This document shows, piece by piece, positions 30,297 through 40,194 of a DNA stretch of 64,000 bases. Position 1 is the first letter of the stretch. Every line of letters starts with the position of its first letter. Below the pieces are notes generated by a model. It was not told the origin of the DNA and ran no database searches. It saw only the letters and a list, made by a program, of their open reading frames with translations. Both the position numbers and the translations under genes were made by a program. This DNA comes from an uncultured Acidobacteriota bacterium (GTDB lineage: Bacteria > Acidobacteriota > Terriglobia > Terriglobales > Acidobacteriaceae): the NCBI GenBank assembly GCA_963794795.1, contig CAWCFC010000003.1, positions 178,002-242,001 on the forward strand, in the 5' to 3' direction.

Positions 30297-33065
30297 ATGG
30301 CTCGCACGACCGACAAACCCGCCGTATTCCTGCTCGATACCATGGGCTTCATCTTTCGCGCATACCACGCCATGCAGCGGCAACGCCCCATGTCCACGCG
30401 CAGCGGCATCCCAACAGCAGCTGTGTATGTTTTTGTGAACATGCTGAACCGGCTGCGGAAAGATTTCAAGCCCCAGTATCTTGCCGCCGTGTTTGATGTC
30501 AGCACGCCCGTATTTCGTGATGAGCGCGCAAAGGATTTGAAGATTCGTAAGTTCAATGCCGCGGCCCAGACGTTCGATGAAGTAGAGTACGCAGGCTATA
30601 AAGCAAATCGGGCAGAGATGCCGCCGGATCTGTCGCAGCAAATTCCGTATATTCGCCGAGCGCTGGAAGCCTTTCGCATTCCCATGCTGCAGCAGGAGGG
30701 CTTTGAGGCCGACGACGTCATCGGAACTCTGACGCAACAGGCGTCGAAACAGGGCCATCCCGTCTACATTGTGTCGAACGACAAAGACATGATGCAGCTG
30801 GTCGGCGACAACGTGTTTGTGCTGAATCCGGCGAAAGATAATTTGGTATTGGATCGCGCAGGTGTGCAGGCAGCCCTGGGCGTGCCCCCGGAGCAAGTGG
30901 TCGATGTAATGGCGCTGCGTGGCGATTCCATCGACAATATTCCGGGCGCACCCGGGATTGGCGACAAGGGTTCTGTCGAGCTGATCCAGCAATTTGGCAG
31001 CGTGGAAGCTGCGCTGGATCGCGCCGCCGATGTGAAACGCAAAACCTATCGCGAGTCGCTGCAGAATAATCGCGACACCGTTTTGCTGAGTAAAGAGCTG
31101 GTGACGATTCACTGCAGTGTGCCGCTCGAGCTGGACTTGAAGCAGATGGAAACGCAGTCGCCGGACCCGATCGCCAGCCGGACGTTGTTCACGGAACTGG
31201 AATTTACGACGCTGATTAAAGAGCTTGGGCTCGCGGAAGCCCCGAAGCAGATCGCGGAACTGGTGCTGCATCCGACGCTGGCGGAGGTGGAGCAATTGTT
31301 GACTGCTGCCCGCGCCGGAACCTTGACCATTGCGGGTGGAATTGAAACTGCAACAGCGGTCGAGCCCGCAGCCGAGACAGAAGAAACCGCCGAGCCGGAA
31401 ATGCAGCAAACTTTGTCGCTGCTGGATGCGATTGAATCGGCCGACAGCAAGGTTGCGGCGGCGGCGATGCCTGCTCCGGTATTTGCGCTTGGATTAGCCG
31501 CGGATGACACCAAGGCCTTTCGTGTTCCATGGGACGGAAAGGCAGCTTCCGTGCTGCGCGCAGCACTCGAAGACGAGACGCTGCCGAAATCTGTTCACGA
31601 TCTGAAATCACTTTTGCGAACCACGCAATCTCATGGGATTCAGCTGGCGGGCGTTCGCGATGAAGTGATGCTTTACTCCTACCTGCTGAACCCGACACAC
31701 AGCACGCATCGCCTGGAGGACGTGGCGGCGCGCTTCGACAATCAGTCGTTACGTGGTGAAGGGGATGAGGCGCTACCGATGGCGGCGGCAACCATCGCGC
31801 GACTGGCGCCACAGTTGCGACGTGCGGTTGAAGACTCCGACACGTTGAAAGTTTACGAAACCATCGATCTTCCGCTGACACCCATTTTGCTGGATATGGA
31901 AGATGCCGGCGTCCGCATTGATTCCGCCTATCTGCAGCGAATTTCTGAACGGCTTGCGGAACAGATGCACACCCTGGCCGAATGCATTTACGGAAATTGC
32001 GGGCATCGTTTCAACATCAATTCTCCCAAGCAACTGGGAGATGTTTTATTCAACAAAATGGCGCTGCCCAAGCCCATCAAGTACGGTCGGGGCAAAGTTG
32101 TTTCCACAGCGCAGGATGTGCTGGAGGAACTGGCTGAGCATCATGAGGCGCCGCGCATGGTGCTGGAATATCGACAGCTAGCGAAGTTGAAATCGAATTA
32201 TTCTGACAGCCTGCCTCTACTGGCGGATGCGCAACATCGCGTGCACACTACCTTCAATGCTGTTGGCACGGCGACAGGGCGGTTGTCGTCGGCGAATCCA
32301 AACTTGCAAAACATCCCCATCCGGTCGGAGTTAGGTCGAGAGATTCGCGCGGCCTTTGTTCCGGCAGACGGAAATGTTTTGTTATCGGCGGACTATTCGC
32401 AGATTGAATTGCGCTTGATGGCGCATTTCTCTGAAGATCCGCTGCTGCTGAAGGCGTACCGCGAGAACGTCGACATACACACTCTGACGGCCTCCGAGGT
32501 GTTCGGCATTCCCATCGAATCGATGGACAAAGAGACGCGCAATCGCGCCAAGGCGGTCAATTTCGGCATTGTCTACGGCATCTCGCCGTTCGGGCTGGCG
32601 CAGCAATTGAACATTGAGCCCAGCGAGGCGCGCATCTATATCGATCGATATTTTGAGCGCTACAGCGGGGTGAAAGCGTTTATCGAGCAGACGCTGGAAC
32701 AGGTGAGACAGACGCAGAGCGTGCGCACCCTTTTTGGCCGGGTGCGTCCTATTCCAGACATCACCAGTCGCAATGCCAACATGCGCGGATTTTCTGAACG
32801 TACCGCGGTGAATACGCCGCTGCAGGGTACAGCCGCGGACCTGATCAAGCTGGCCATGATTCGTGTTGCGCGCGAGCTTCGCGAGCAAAAGCTGCGCACC
32901 AAAATGGTGCTGCAGGTTCACGATGAACTGGTTCTGGATGTTCCTACGGAAGAAGTGGATGAGGTGCAAGAACGAGTACGCCAGGCGATGGAGCAGGTGA
33001 TTGAACTGAAAGTTCCCATTGTCGCCGAGGTTGCTGTGGGTCCCAACTGGCGCGACCTGAAATAG
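30297..33065 (+). CDS. polA: DNA polymerase I
   Basis: A 5'-nuclease N-terminus and a 3'-5' exonuclease-like middle region are followed by family A polymerase motifs DYSQIELRLMAH and LQVHDELVLD. Confidence 0.97.
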   Translation: MARTTDKPAVFLLDTMGFIFRAYHAMQRQRPMSTRSGIPTAAVYVFVNMLNRLRKDFKPQYLAAVFDVSTPVFRDERAKDLKIRKFNAAAQTFDEVEYAGYKANRAEMPPDLSQQIPYIRRALEAFRIPMLQQEGFEADDVIGTLTQQASKQGHPVYIVSNDKDMMQLVGDNVFVLNPAKDNLVLDRAGVQAALGVPPEQVVDVMALRGDSIDNIPGAPGIGDKGSVELIQQFGSVEAALDRAADVKRKTYRESLQNNRDTVLLSKELVTIHCSVPLELDLKQMETQSPDPIASRTLFTELEFTTLIKELGLAEAPKQIAELVLHPTLAEVEQLLTAARAGTLTIAGGIETATAVEPAAETEETAEPEMQQTLSLLDAIESADSKVAAAAMPAPVFALGLAADDTKAFRVPWDGKAASVLRAALEDETLPKSVHDLKSLLRTTQSHGIQLAGVRDEVMLYSYLLNPTHSTHRLEDVAARFDNQSLRGEGDEALPMAAATIARLAPQLRRAVEDSDTLKVYETIDLPLTPILLDMEDAGVRIDSAYLQRISERLAEQMHTLAECIYGNCGHRFNINSPKQLGDVLFNKMALPKPIKYGRGKVVSTAQDVLEELAEHHEAPRMVLEYRQLAKLKSNYSDSLPLLADAQHRVHTTFNAVGTATGRLSSANPNLQNIPIRSELGREIRAAFVPADGNVLLSADYSQIELRLMAHFSEDPLLLKAYRENVDIHTLTASEVFGIPIESMDKETRNRAKAVNFGIVYGISPFGLAQQLNIEPSEARIYIDRYFERYSGVKAFIEQTLEQVRQTQSVRTLFGRVRPIPDITSRNANMRGFSERTAVNTPLQGTAADLIKLAMIRVARELREQKLRTKMVLQVHDELVLDVPTEEVDEVQERVRQAMEQVIELKVPIVAEVAVGPNWRDLK

Positions 33066-33114
33066 CGGCGTTACGGCTCGATCAGTTTCGCTGCAGGAAA
33101 ATATTGCAGCAGCT

Positions 33115-34464
33115 TCAGACTCCGAGTTCCGCGCGAATTGCATCTGCAATGCGTTTGGCATGGAGGTGCATCACCTGCTCCGATTCCGCTTCGATCATGA
33201 CCCGTGCCAGGGCCTCAGTTCCCGAATAGCGGACCACCACTCGGCCGTTGCCGTGGAGATCGGTGTCAGCATCGTGAATGGCGGCAACGACCGTTGGAAT
33301 CGTTTCGAGCGGCTGTTTCTCCCGCACGCGCACATTCACAATTACTTGCGGAAAGACCTTCAGATCCTTCGTCAGAGCGGATAGCGGTTGACCGGAACGC
33401 TGCAGAATATCCAGCACGATCAACGCCGTCAGCATGCCATCGCCGGTGGTGCTGCGATCCAGAAACAGCATGTGACCGGACTGTTCGCCGCCCAGAACCG
33501 CGCCATTTTTTTGCATCTCTTCCAGAACGTATTTGTCGCCCACCGGCGCGCGCAGCATTTTGATGTCGTTGCTTCGTAGCGCGGCTTCCAGTCCCATGTT
33601 CGACATGGTGGTGGCGACGACCAGATTTTTTGCCAAGCGGTTGCGAGCGTGTAGATCGCGCGCGGCAATCAGCAGCACGGCATCGCCGTTCACTACTTTT
33701 CCGTGTTCATCGGCAAGCATGGCACGATCCGCGTCGCCATCGAACGTCATGCCCACATCCGCCTTGCGAGTCACAACTTCCTGGGCGACGATTTCCGGGT
33801 GTAGTGCGCCGCAGTGGTCATTAATGTTGCGGCCGTTGGGGGAAACATGGGTCAACTGAATGTCGCCGCCAAAATGGGCCAGCAATGCGGGGGCAATCGC
33901 GCTGGCCGCGCCGTTCGCGCAGTCCATGACGATTCTTTTGGCATCCAGTCGCAAATCGGGAACCTGGCTGCGCAAGAAATCAATGTAGGCTGCGGGTAGC
34001 GTCGGGTCCACTTCGGGAACAGTCGTCGAAGAAACTTCTGGGTCATGCGTCTCGGAGAGGCGGGCAAAAATCTCATGTTCAATCGCGAGCTCAACCGCAT
34101 CCGCCAACTTGTAACCATCGCCACCAAAAATCTTGATGCCGTTATCCTGCCAGGGATTATGCGAAGCGGAAATCACGACTCCCGCGGAGAATCCGCGAAT
34201 GCGCGCCAGGTACGCAATACCAGGTGTGGGAATGACGCCGGCGCTGGTCGCTTCCGCGCCTCCCTTGCGAAGGCCGACGGTCAACACGGCGGCAATTTCG
34301 GTGCTCGATTCGCGAGTGTCCATGCCGACGAGTACGTGCGGATTGGCATGCTGTTTGCGCAGCGAATGAGCGACGGCCAGGCCGATGGCATAAACAGTTT
34401 TTCTGTCGAGCGGGAATTGTCCGGCAACTCCGCGAATTCCATCCGTTCCGAAAAGTTTCCTCAT
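33115..34464 (-). CDS. glmM: phosphoglucosamine mutase
   Basis: Has the N-terminal FGTDGIRG and the phosphoserine loop ISASHNPWQDNGIK, with a four-domain PGM/PMM layout. Confidence 0.95.
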   Translation of the reverse strand: MRKLFGTDGIRGVAGQFPLDRKTVYAIGLAVAHSLRKQHANPHVLVGMDTRESSTEIAAVLTVGLRKGGAEATSAGVIPTPGIAYLARIRGFSAGVVISASHNPWQDNGIKIFGGDGYKLADAVELAIEHEIFARLSETHDPEVSSTTVPEVDPTLPAAYIDFLRSQVPDLRLDAKRIVMDCANGAASAIAPALLAHFGGDIQLTHVSPNGRNINDHCGALHPEIVAQEVVTRKADVGMTFDGDADRAMLADEHGKVVNGDAVLLIAARDLHARNRLAKNLVVATTMSNMGLEAALRSNDIKMLRAPVGDKYVLEEMQKNGAVLGGEQSGHMLFLDRSTTGDGMLTALIVLDILQRSGQPLSALTKDLKVFPQVIVNVRVREKQPLETIPTVVAAIHDADTDLHGNGRVVVRYSGTEALARVMIEAESEQVMHLHAKRIADAIRAELGV

Positions 34465-34474
34465 CGTCTCCCGT

Positions 34475-35965
34475 TCAGTTCTTGCTGGATTTCTTGTTCA
34501 CTCTCTGCGTCGCATCCACCACCGTCGCATCCGCGTGGCCCTGCGCGAAGCGCATATGCAACGGGTCGCCCGCTTGCAAGCTCCTGGCTGCCTTGACGAG
34601 ATTGCCACTGTGGTCATACACCAACGCGTATCCGCGATCAAGCACAGCCAACGGGGAGAGCGCTTCCAGCCGATCGGCAGCACGGCTCGATCGACTGCTG
34701 CAGCGTTCAGAGTAGGCATGCCAGGCGCGGCCCAACCCTGTGTCCAGGGAACGTAGTCGTTCTACGTGGAGCTTCACCTGGCGGCGAACATCCTGACGCA
34801 TTAAGTTAGCTTGCGCCGCATCGACTCGCCGGGCCGCCGCCGCAACGCCCTTCTGCCAGGATGTCTCGAGGCGAAAGCGCATTTCGTCCACCCGCTGCGC
34901 ACGCCGCGCCAAACCATGTTGCACCCCGGCAAACACGGCGGAGGCATTCAGTTGTGCGAACCGTTCCCGCGCCCGCATCCGCTGATATCCGACGGCCCGC
35001 TCTAATCGCGCCGCCAACAGTTGCAAATATTCTTCCACCCGGTATTGCGCATCTGTAATCATCTCGGCGGCAATTGAGGGTGTGGGAGCGCGCAAATCGG
35101 CGACAAAATCTGCAATGGTAAAGTCTGTCTCGTGTCCAACGGCGGAAACAACGGGAATTGCCGAAGCCGCGATTGCCCGCGCGATGCCTTCGCTGTTGAA
35201 AGCCGCCAGGTCCTCCGGTGAACCGCCGCCGCGGGCCACCACCAGCACGTCTACGCAGGGATTTTTCTGGAACCATGCGAGAGCATCGACCACGTCACTG
35301 GCCGCCGCTTCTCCCTGCACCGCGACCGGATACAAAACCACATGAGCACGCGAATGACGGCGCGCCAACACATGGAGAATGTCGTGAATGACGGCGCCTT
35401 TCGACGACGTGATGACGCCAATGGTGCGTGGGTACATGGGAAGTGGGCGTTTCCGCTCTGACTCGAAGAGCCCTTCTTCTTTCAGCAACGCGTACAGCTG
35501 CTCGAACGCGACCTGCGACGAACCTTTGCCGCGTGGCTCCATGGATTCGGCAACGAGCTGTAACTGCCCTCGATCCTCATAGACGGAGATTCCGCCGCGT
35601 ACCTGAACTTCCAGGCCGTCTTTCGGCGTGAACTTCAGCAATCGTGCTTTGCCGCGAAATAACACCACGGGCAACTGGCTCTGATCGTCTTTTAAAGTGA
35701 AATAAACGTGGCCGGAAGAGGCCTGACGCAGGTTTGAAATTTCTCCCTCGACGCGCAAATCGCGATATTCCTTTTCGACGTGGCCACGGATCTCGAAGAC
35801 AAGCTGGTGCACTTTCCACGGCGGCCGCACAAATTCGTCAGCGTCGGGCGATGAAGAGCTGGCCGGAAAGAGCAGATCCATCTGCGGGCGCGCTGCGGCG
35901 GAGGTAGCCGGCTGGCGCGAACTGGCGAGCGGTTTTTCCCACGGCGATTTGTACGGCGGACTCAT
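34475..35965 (-). CDS. xseA: exodeoxyribonuclease VII large subunit
   Basis: An OB-fold N-terminus (VEGEISNLRQASSGHVYFTLKD) is followed by the catalytic region and a long C-terminal helical region. Confidence 0.9.
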   Translation of the reverse strand: MSPPYKSPWEKPLASSRQPATSAAARPQMDLLFPASSSSPDADEFVRPPWKVHQLVFEIRGHVEKEYRDLRVEGEISNLRQASSGHVYFTLKDDQSQLPVVLFRGKARLLKFTPKDGLEVQVRGGISVYEDRGQLQLVAESMEPRGKGSSQVAFEQLYALLKEEGLFESERKRPLPMYPRTIGVITSSKGAVIHDILHVLARRHSRAHVVLYPVAVQGEAAASDVVDALAWFQKNPCVDVLVVARGGGSPEDLAAFNSEGIARAIAASAIPVVSAVGHETDFTIADFVADLRAPTPSIAAEMITDAQYRVEEYLQLLAARLERAVGYQRMRARERFAQLNASAVFAGVQHGLARRAQRVDEMRFRLETSWQKGVAAAARRVDAAQANLMRQDVRRQVKLHVERLRSLDTGLGRAWHAYSERCSSRSSRAADRLEALSPLAVLDRGYALVYDHSGNLVKAARSLQAGDPLHMRFAQGHADATVVDATQRVNKKSSKN

Positions 35966-36115
35966 GGACAGATTCTCATTCGAGAGCGGACCTGGGATCT
36001 ATGGCCGGATCGGCCGTGACGCGCTCTCCAAGTATCGCAACGATGAGTCTAGCATCGCGCCTGAGCCGCATCGTACCCGGGTATAAGTACGGCACTCCGC
36101 GGAACCGCATGGCTG

Positions 36116-36340
36116 CTAACGGCGAAGGTGATTCAGAACATACAGGATCAACGAGAGAAGCACACTGAGCAGCAGGCAGGTCGCCAACGGGAAATAGACC
36201 GAGGTATGTTTCCCCTTCCAGGCAATGTCTCCAGGCAGACGACCGAGTGGCAGGCCCAGCTTTTGCGCGAGCAACACGCACACGCCCAAAAAGACGACGA
36301 AGACGCCGGCGAAGATCAGCAATCGTCCCAGTCCCTGCAT
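36116..36340 (-). CDS. DUF2905-like small membrane protein
   Basis: A 74-aa two-TM protein (MQGLGRLLIFAGVFVVFLG…LPGDIAWKGKHTSVYFPLATCLLLSVLLSLILYVL). The longer ORF to 36499 overlaps the upstream receiver gene. Confidence 0.65.
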   Translation of the reverse strand: MQGLGRLLIFAGVFVVFLGVCVLLAQKLGLPLGRLPGDIAWKGKHTSVYFPLATCLLLSVLLSLILYVLNHLRR

Positions 36341-36383
36341 CTTGTCCAGTGTAGGCCTGGAGGATGGCAGCGTGCACGCGCAT

Positions 36384-36764
36384 TCAAGATCGACGGGATT
36401 GCAGCAGAGCGCCGGCGGCGTCCAGTAAAATCGCCGGGGGAACGGGCTTGGCCAGGATACGGCTGGGCGCGGGATGCGACATGGCCCACGCCTGGGCAAT
36501 TCCCAGGTTGGTGTAATGGCCCGTTAAAAGCAGTACGCGGCAATCAGGGCATTTTGCGGTGACCTCGGCAACAACTTCCAGGCCGTTCATGCCGGGCATC
36601 GAAATATCGCACAACAATAGTTCCGGGCAAAACTCGTCTGTAGTGGCAATGGCCTCGAATCCGGTATATGCGGTGCGACAATCAAATCCGCGCTTCTTAA
36701 AAATCATGCACAGGGTATCGGCAACCGCCTGCTCGTCGTCTACCACTAAGATTTTATGTGTCAT
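36384..36764 (-). CDS. single-domain response regulator (CheY-like receiver)
   Basis: Has VVDDE, the phospho-acceptor LLLCDISMPGMNG, LLLTGH and AKP, with no output domain. Confidence 0.85.
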   Translation of the reverse strand: MTHKILVVDDEQAVADTLCMIFKKRGFDCRTAYTGFEAIATTDEFCPELLLCDISMPGMNGLEVVAEVTAKCPDCRVLLLTGHYTNLGIAQAWAMSHPAPSRILAKPVPPAILLDAAGALLQSRRS

Positions 36765-37114
36765 GGTACTGCTTGATTCCTCGTTCGCGTCTCGTCTTCA
36801 CCCAATCTCTATGCAGCGCCGATGCCCCGCGCATCCTGGCAGCGAGGTTCAACGAGATAGATTGCAGGGAGAAGCACGGCTTCTTGCAATCCAGGCCAAC
36901 GGGGGGAAATGGTCACGTTGCTTACTGTCGGGAGTATTGTGCAATTTGAACCGTGAGAATGGTGGTGAGCCGGTACGTCCATTTTTGTGATCTTGAGCAC
37001 ATTTTGATTTGTTGGCCGCAGGGGACTAATTGTCGCAAACCTGGATCATCCGCCAGTTTTTGCAAAGTTTTTGCGCACCCACGCCACTCGTGATTGAATC
37101 TCACCAGCAGCCTT

Positions 37115-38290
37115 ATGCGCATTTTGACGCTCATCCTCGGTGTGCTTTGCCTGGCGGAAGTCCTGTTGGACGCATTCCAGACGATCATTCTGCCGCGACG
37201 GGCGAGCGGCCGTTTTCGCGTGTCGCGAATCGTGATGACGGCGATGTGGATTCGCTGGCGCTTTATTGCGGGCAAATTGCGGCAGACGAACCGTCGCGAG
37301 AGCTTCCTGAGTTATTTTGGGCCGCTGTCGCTGCTGATGCTGGTAGTGATTTGGGCCGTCGGGCTGATTTTTGGTTTTGGGCTGCTGTTCCATGGGATCG
37401 GTTCGCCGTTTTCCGATGTGCATTCCATTGGCAAATGGGAGACGGATCTCTACGTCAGCGGAACAACCCTGTTCACCCTGGGCCTTGGCGATGTGGTTCC
37501 ACTCTCTGTGCCATCGCGAATTTTGGTGGCGCTTGAGGGAGGCATGGGACTGGCTTTCGTCGCCGGTGTCATCGGCTATTTGCCGGTGTTGTATGGAGCT
37601 TTTTCGCGAAGAGAAGTCAGCATTATTCTGCTGGATGCCCGCGCCGGCTCCCCGCCAACTGCCCTGGAACTGTTGCGCCGCCACTCCGGATCCACGGGAG
37701 AGCTGGCGCTGCAGACGTTGCTAGTGGAGTGGGAACGCTGGAGCGCTGAGTTGTTGGAGAGTCATATTTCCTATCCGCAACTGTGCTTCTTTCGCTCCCA
37801 GCATGACAACCAAAGCTGGCTGAGCGCTCTGGTTGCAATGCTGGACACCTGCGCGGTGTTGATCTCCACTGTCGAGGGCGATGCAGCTCGACAGGCGCAG
37901 TTGACCTTCGTGATGGCGCGGCATGCCGTCCTTGACTTGGCGCATATCTTTGGGCTGAAAGGTGGTCCTGCCAAACACGACCGACTGCCGCAAAACAGCC
38001 TGGAGAGCATCTGCGAGCAGCTCTCCAAGGCGGGTTTCAAGTTGTGTGCCGGAGATGCTTCTGTACAGCGGCTGCGCGAACTGCGTTCCATGTATGAGCC
38101 GGAGGCGTTTCAACTGGGACGACTGCTGATGCAGGAGCTGCCGCCGTTTTATCCCCAGCCCGGGAAAAGGAGCAATTGGACCCAGATCACCGGGTTGCGC
38201 TCGCAAACAGAAGCTTCTCTCTTGTCCACCGATCAGCGGAAAAGTCTCGCCGTGAATAAGGCCGCGATTGACGAAAGCCATTCTTTCTAG
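37115..38290 (+). CDS. potassium channel-like (Ion_trans_2) membrane protein with unassigned about 220-aa C-terminal domain
   Basis: Has TM helices and a pore-loop signature TLFTLGLGDVVP (TxGxGD type). The C-terminal soluble region has no RCK GxGxxG motif. The start is 37094 (TTG) or 37115 (ATG). Confidence 0.65.
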   Translation: MRILTLILGVLCLAEVLLDAFQTIILPRRASGRFRVSRIVMTAMWIRWRFIAGKLRQTNRRESFLSYFGPLSLLMLVVIWAVGLIFGFGLLFHGIGSPFSDVHSIGKWETDLYVSGTTLFTLGLGDVVPLSVPSRILVALEGGMGLAFVAGVIGYLPVLYGAFSRREVSIILLDARAGSPPTALELLRRHSGSTGELALQTLLVEWERWSAELLESHISYPQLCFFRSQHDNQSWLSALVAMLDTCAVLISTVEGDAARQAQLTFVMARHAVLDLAHIFGLKGGPAKHDRLPQNSLESICEQLSKAGFKLCAGDASVQRLRELRSMYEPEAFQLGRLLMQELPPFYPQPGKRSNWTQITGLRSQTEASLLSTDQRKSLAVNKAAIDESHSF

Positions 38291-38329
38291 CGTGAGTTGG
38301 GGTGGATGCATCAGCTGGATGACTCGTGT

Positions 38330-39007
38330 CTAGCGAGCGGGCGGTGCCGAGACGACCAACCAGGTCAGAATTGCCGCCTCAACCAGCAGAAGAATCAGCA
38401 GCCACCAAAGCAATACTGGAGCGGCGAACAGATAATGCGTTGTGTCCGGTTGCGTGGGCTCTGTCAGACTGCCGGAGTAGTTGCTGAACGCCCGTTCGGC
38501 GCGATTCAGCGCCTGCAAAAGAGGAACTTTGCCAAGACTGGTGTCGCCGGCTGAAGAACCTGCAGCCTGATCCAGCGCGGCGTTCAGATCCACCAGGCTG
38601 GCGCGAATTTCAAGCAGCAATCCCTGGCGTCGGCGATCATTTGCGGCCCATCGGTCTAAACCTTCTGAGTCGGCCTGAATTTGCGTCCGTTGCAGACGGT
38701 AGTCTGTTCTGTATTGCTCGATTGCATCGGGATCCTGCTTGTCCGCACCCGCCATTCCCAATACGTCCATCGCGGCGCGCGCCGCAGCCACCTTGAGCCG
38801 CTCGGTATGCTGGTATCCGGGATTGAAAATCAGATCCTGGCGGGTAGCACCGCTGACGGAATGCTGCGCTTCATGCAGCATCATCCACGCAGTGGCGGCG
38901 ATGGCAAGAAACAGTACCACTGCCAGCGTGCTTCGAGTTTTTTCAGATGCCTTCAACGATTGTCCGGGTCGCAACGGCGAGCTGTGCCGCGCACCTTGCT
39001 GCAGCAA
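38330..39007 (-). CDS. hypothetical membrane protein (TM helix at each end, helical middle)
   Basis: A 225-aa ORF whose ATG lies 2 nt after the stop of the DHS-like gene. The TM segments are LAVVLFLAIAATAWMML and APVLLWWLLILLLVEAAILTWLVV. Confidence 0.5.
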   Translation of the reverse strand: MLQQGARHSSPLRPGQSLKASEKTRSTLAVVLFLAIAATAWMMLHEAQHSVSGATRQDLIFNPGYQHTERLKVAAARAAMDVLGMAGADKQDPDAIEQYRTDYRLQRTQIQADSEGLDRWAANDRRRQGLLLEIRASLVDLNAALDQAAGSSAGDTSLGKVPLLQALNRAERAFSNYSGSLTEPTQPDTTHYLFAAPVLLWWLLILLLVEAAILTWLVVSAPPAR

Positions 39008-39009
39008 TC

Positions 39010-40071
39010 TTACGCTGTCACGGGCTCCAGCAGGCGAGCCCAGCGGCGCTCTTTGCGTTCGGCGAAAGCACGCTTGTGGTAGGCGTATCCGGCGACTAAC
39101 GGCAGCGCCAGAGTGGCTTCGCTATACACCATCTGTTCGAAGGTGGTATCAACCTTGCCCCAGGAACTAGCCTCTTTCAGCGTACTGGAGGAAAGCGCGC
39201 CGTCTCGTACATCCGCCACGGTGATCTGGATTGCATACTTATGCATGGGAGCATCGGCGCCCAGAACGTCGGCCGCCACCACAATATCCTGCGCAAAGTT
39301 CTTAGGCACGCCTCCGCCGATCATCAACAGGCCGGTGGTCGGGTTGGCGATCTTCAACTGGGTCAGCTCGTAAAAATCCTTGACGGAGTCGATCGAAACC
39401 TTGGGCTTATCCTGACGCGCGTGTTGATGGGCGACCAGGCCAAACCCGGCCGAGCAATCGCTGAACGCCGGACAGAAAATGGGAACATCTTTCTCATATG
39501 CCGCCAGAACGATGGAGTCTGCACCGCCCTTCGCCGGCGTTTTCCCTTCCTTCTGCAGGTAGGCGCCCATGGCGCGGATAAACTCACGCGAACTATGCGG
39601 GCGGAGGGGGAGGGAATCGGCGATCTTCTGCGTGGTTTCGTCACAGATGCGCAGTTCTTCCTCATCGATGAAGGTGTCGTAGATGCGGTCAATCATCAAC
39701 TCGCGCAACACACCATCTTGCATGCCGGACTTAAATTCATCGCCGGCAATATAGTGGCGAAATCCAAGCGCCTCAAAAAAATCCTGATCGACAATGTTCG
39801 CGCCGGTCGAAACAATGGCATCCACCATGTTGTTGCGCACCAGGTCGACGAAAATCTGCTTGAGCCCAGCACTGATCAGCGAACCCGCAAGGCACAGGAT
39901 GACACCGCATTCCTGGTCGCGGAGCATGCGCTCATAAATCTCGGCGGCACGCGCCAGATCGCGCGAGGAGTAAGCCATGGACTGCATGGCGTCGACCAGG
40001 GCGCGCACGTCATGGTGCTTGATATCGATGTGCTGGATTGGGTGGCTTAGGAGTGTCTTCTTGTCTGCCAT
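39010..40071 (-). CDS. deoxyhypusine synthase family protein (bacterial DHS-like)
   Basis: Has the DS-family motifs STGANIVDQD and GGGVPKNF, and the catalytic-lysine context SSWGKV. Confidence 0.85.
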   Translation of the reverse strand: MADKKTLLSHPIQHIDIKHHDVRALVDAMQSMAYSSRDLARAAEIYERMLRDQECGVILCLAGSLISAGLKQIFVDLVRNNMVDAIVSTGANIVDQDFFEALGFRHYIAGDEFKSGMQDGVLRELMIDRIYDTFIDEEELRICDETTQKIADSLPLRPHSSREFIRAMGAYLQKEGKTPAKGGADSIVLAAYEKDVPIFCPAFSDCSAGFGLVAHQHARQDKPKVSIDSVKDFYELTQLKIANPTTGLLMIGGGVPKNFAQDIVVAADVLGADAPMHKYAIQITVADVRDGALSSSTLKEASSWGKVDTTFEQMVYSEATLALPLVAGYAYHKRAFAERKERRWARLLEPVTA

Positions 40072-40194
40072 AATGCTCAGGATAGCAAATTCAGCCGGGT
40101 TCCTGACCTTGCAGCCATGTGAATATTCTGGGCGATCGGCGCTGGATGGGCAGCGAAAACTTTGCCTTTCATTCGCGCTGGGATCGACGCAGCG

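Noticed and set aside
30081-31409. A 442-aa ORF on the minus strand inside polA. Similar long antisense ORFs occur at 17095-18168, 20306-21013, 39241-40050, 43435-44571, 59874-60647 and 61921-62871.
   Set aside because: Each lies fully antisense to a gene with strong family motifs. Their products are Arg/His/Gln-rich and low in complexity. These are typical shadow ORFs of GC-rich coding DNA.
35976-36499. ORFs 35976-36383 (135 aa) and the N-terminal extension of 36116-36499 (127 aa).
   Set aside because: They overlap the DUF2905 gene and the response regulator in other frames, or extend upstream of them. Only the C-terminal 74 aa from the ATG at 36340 look like a real membrane protein.
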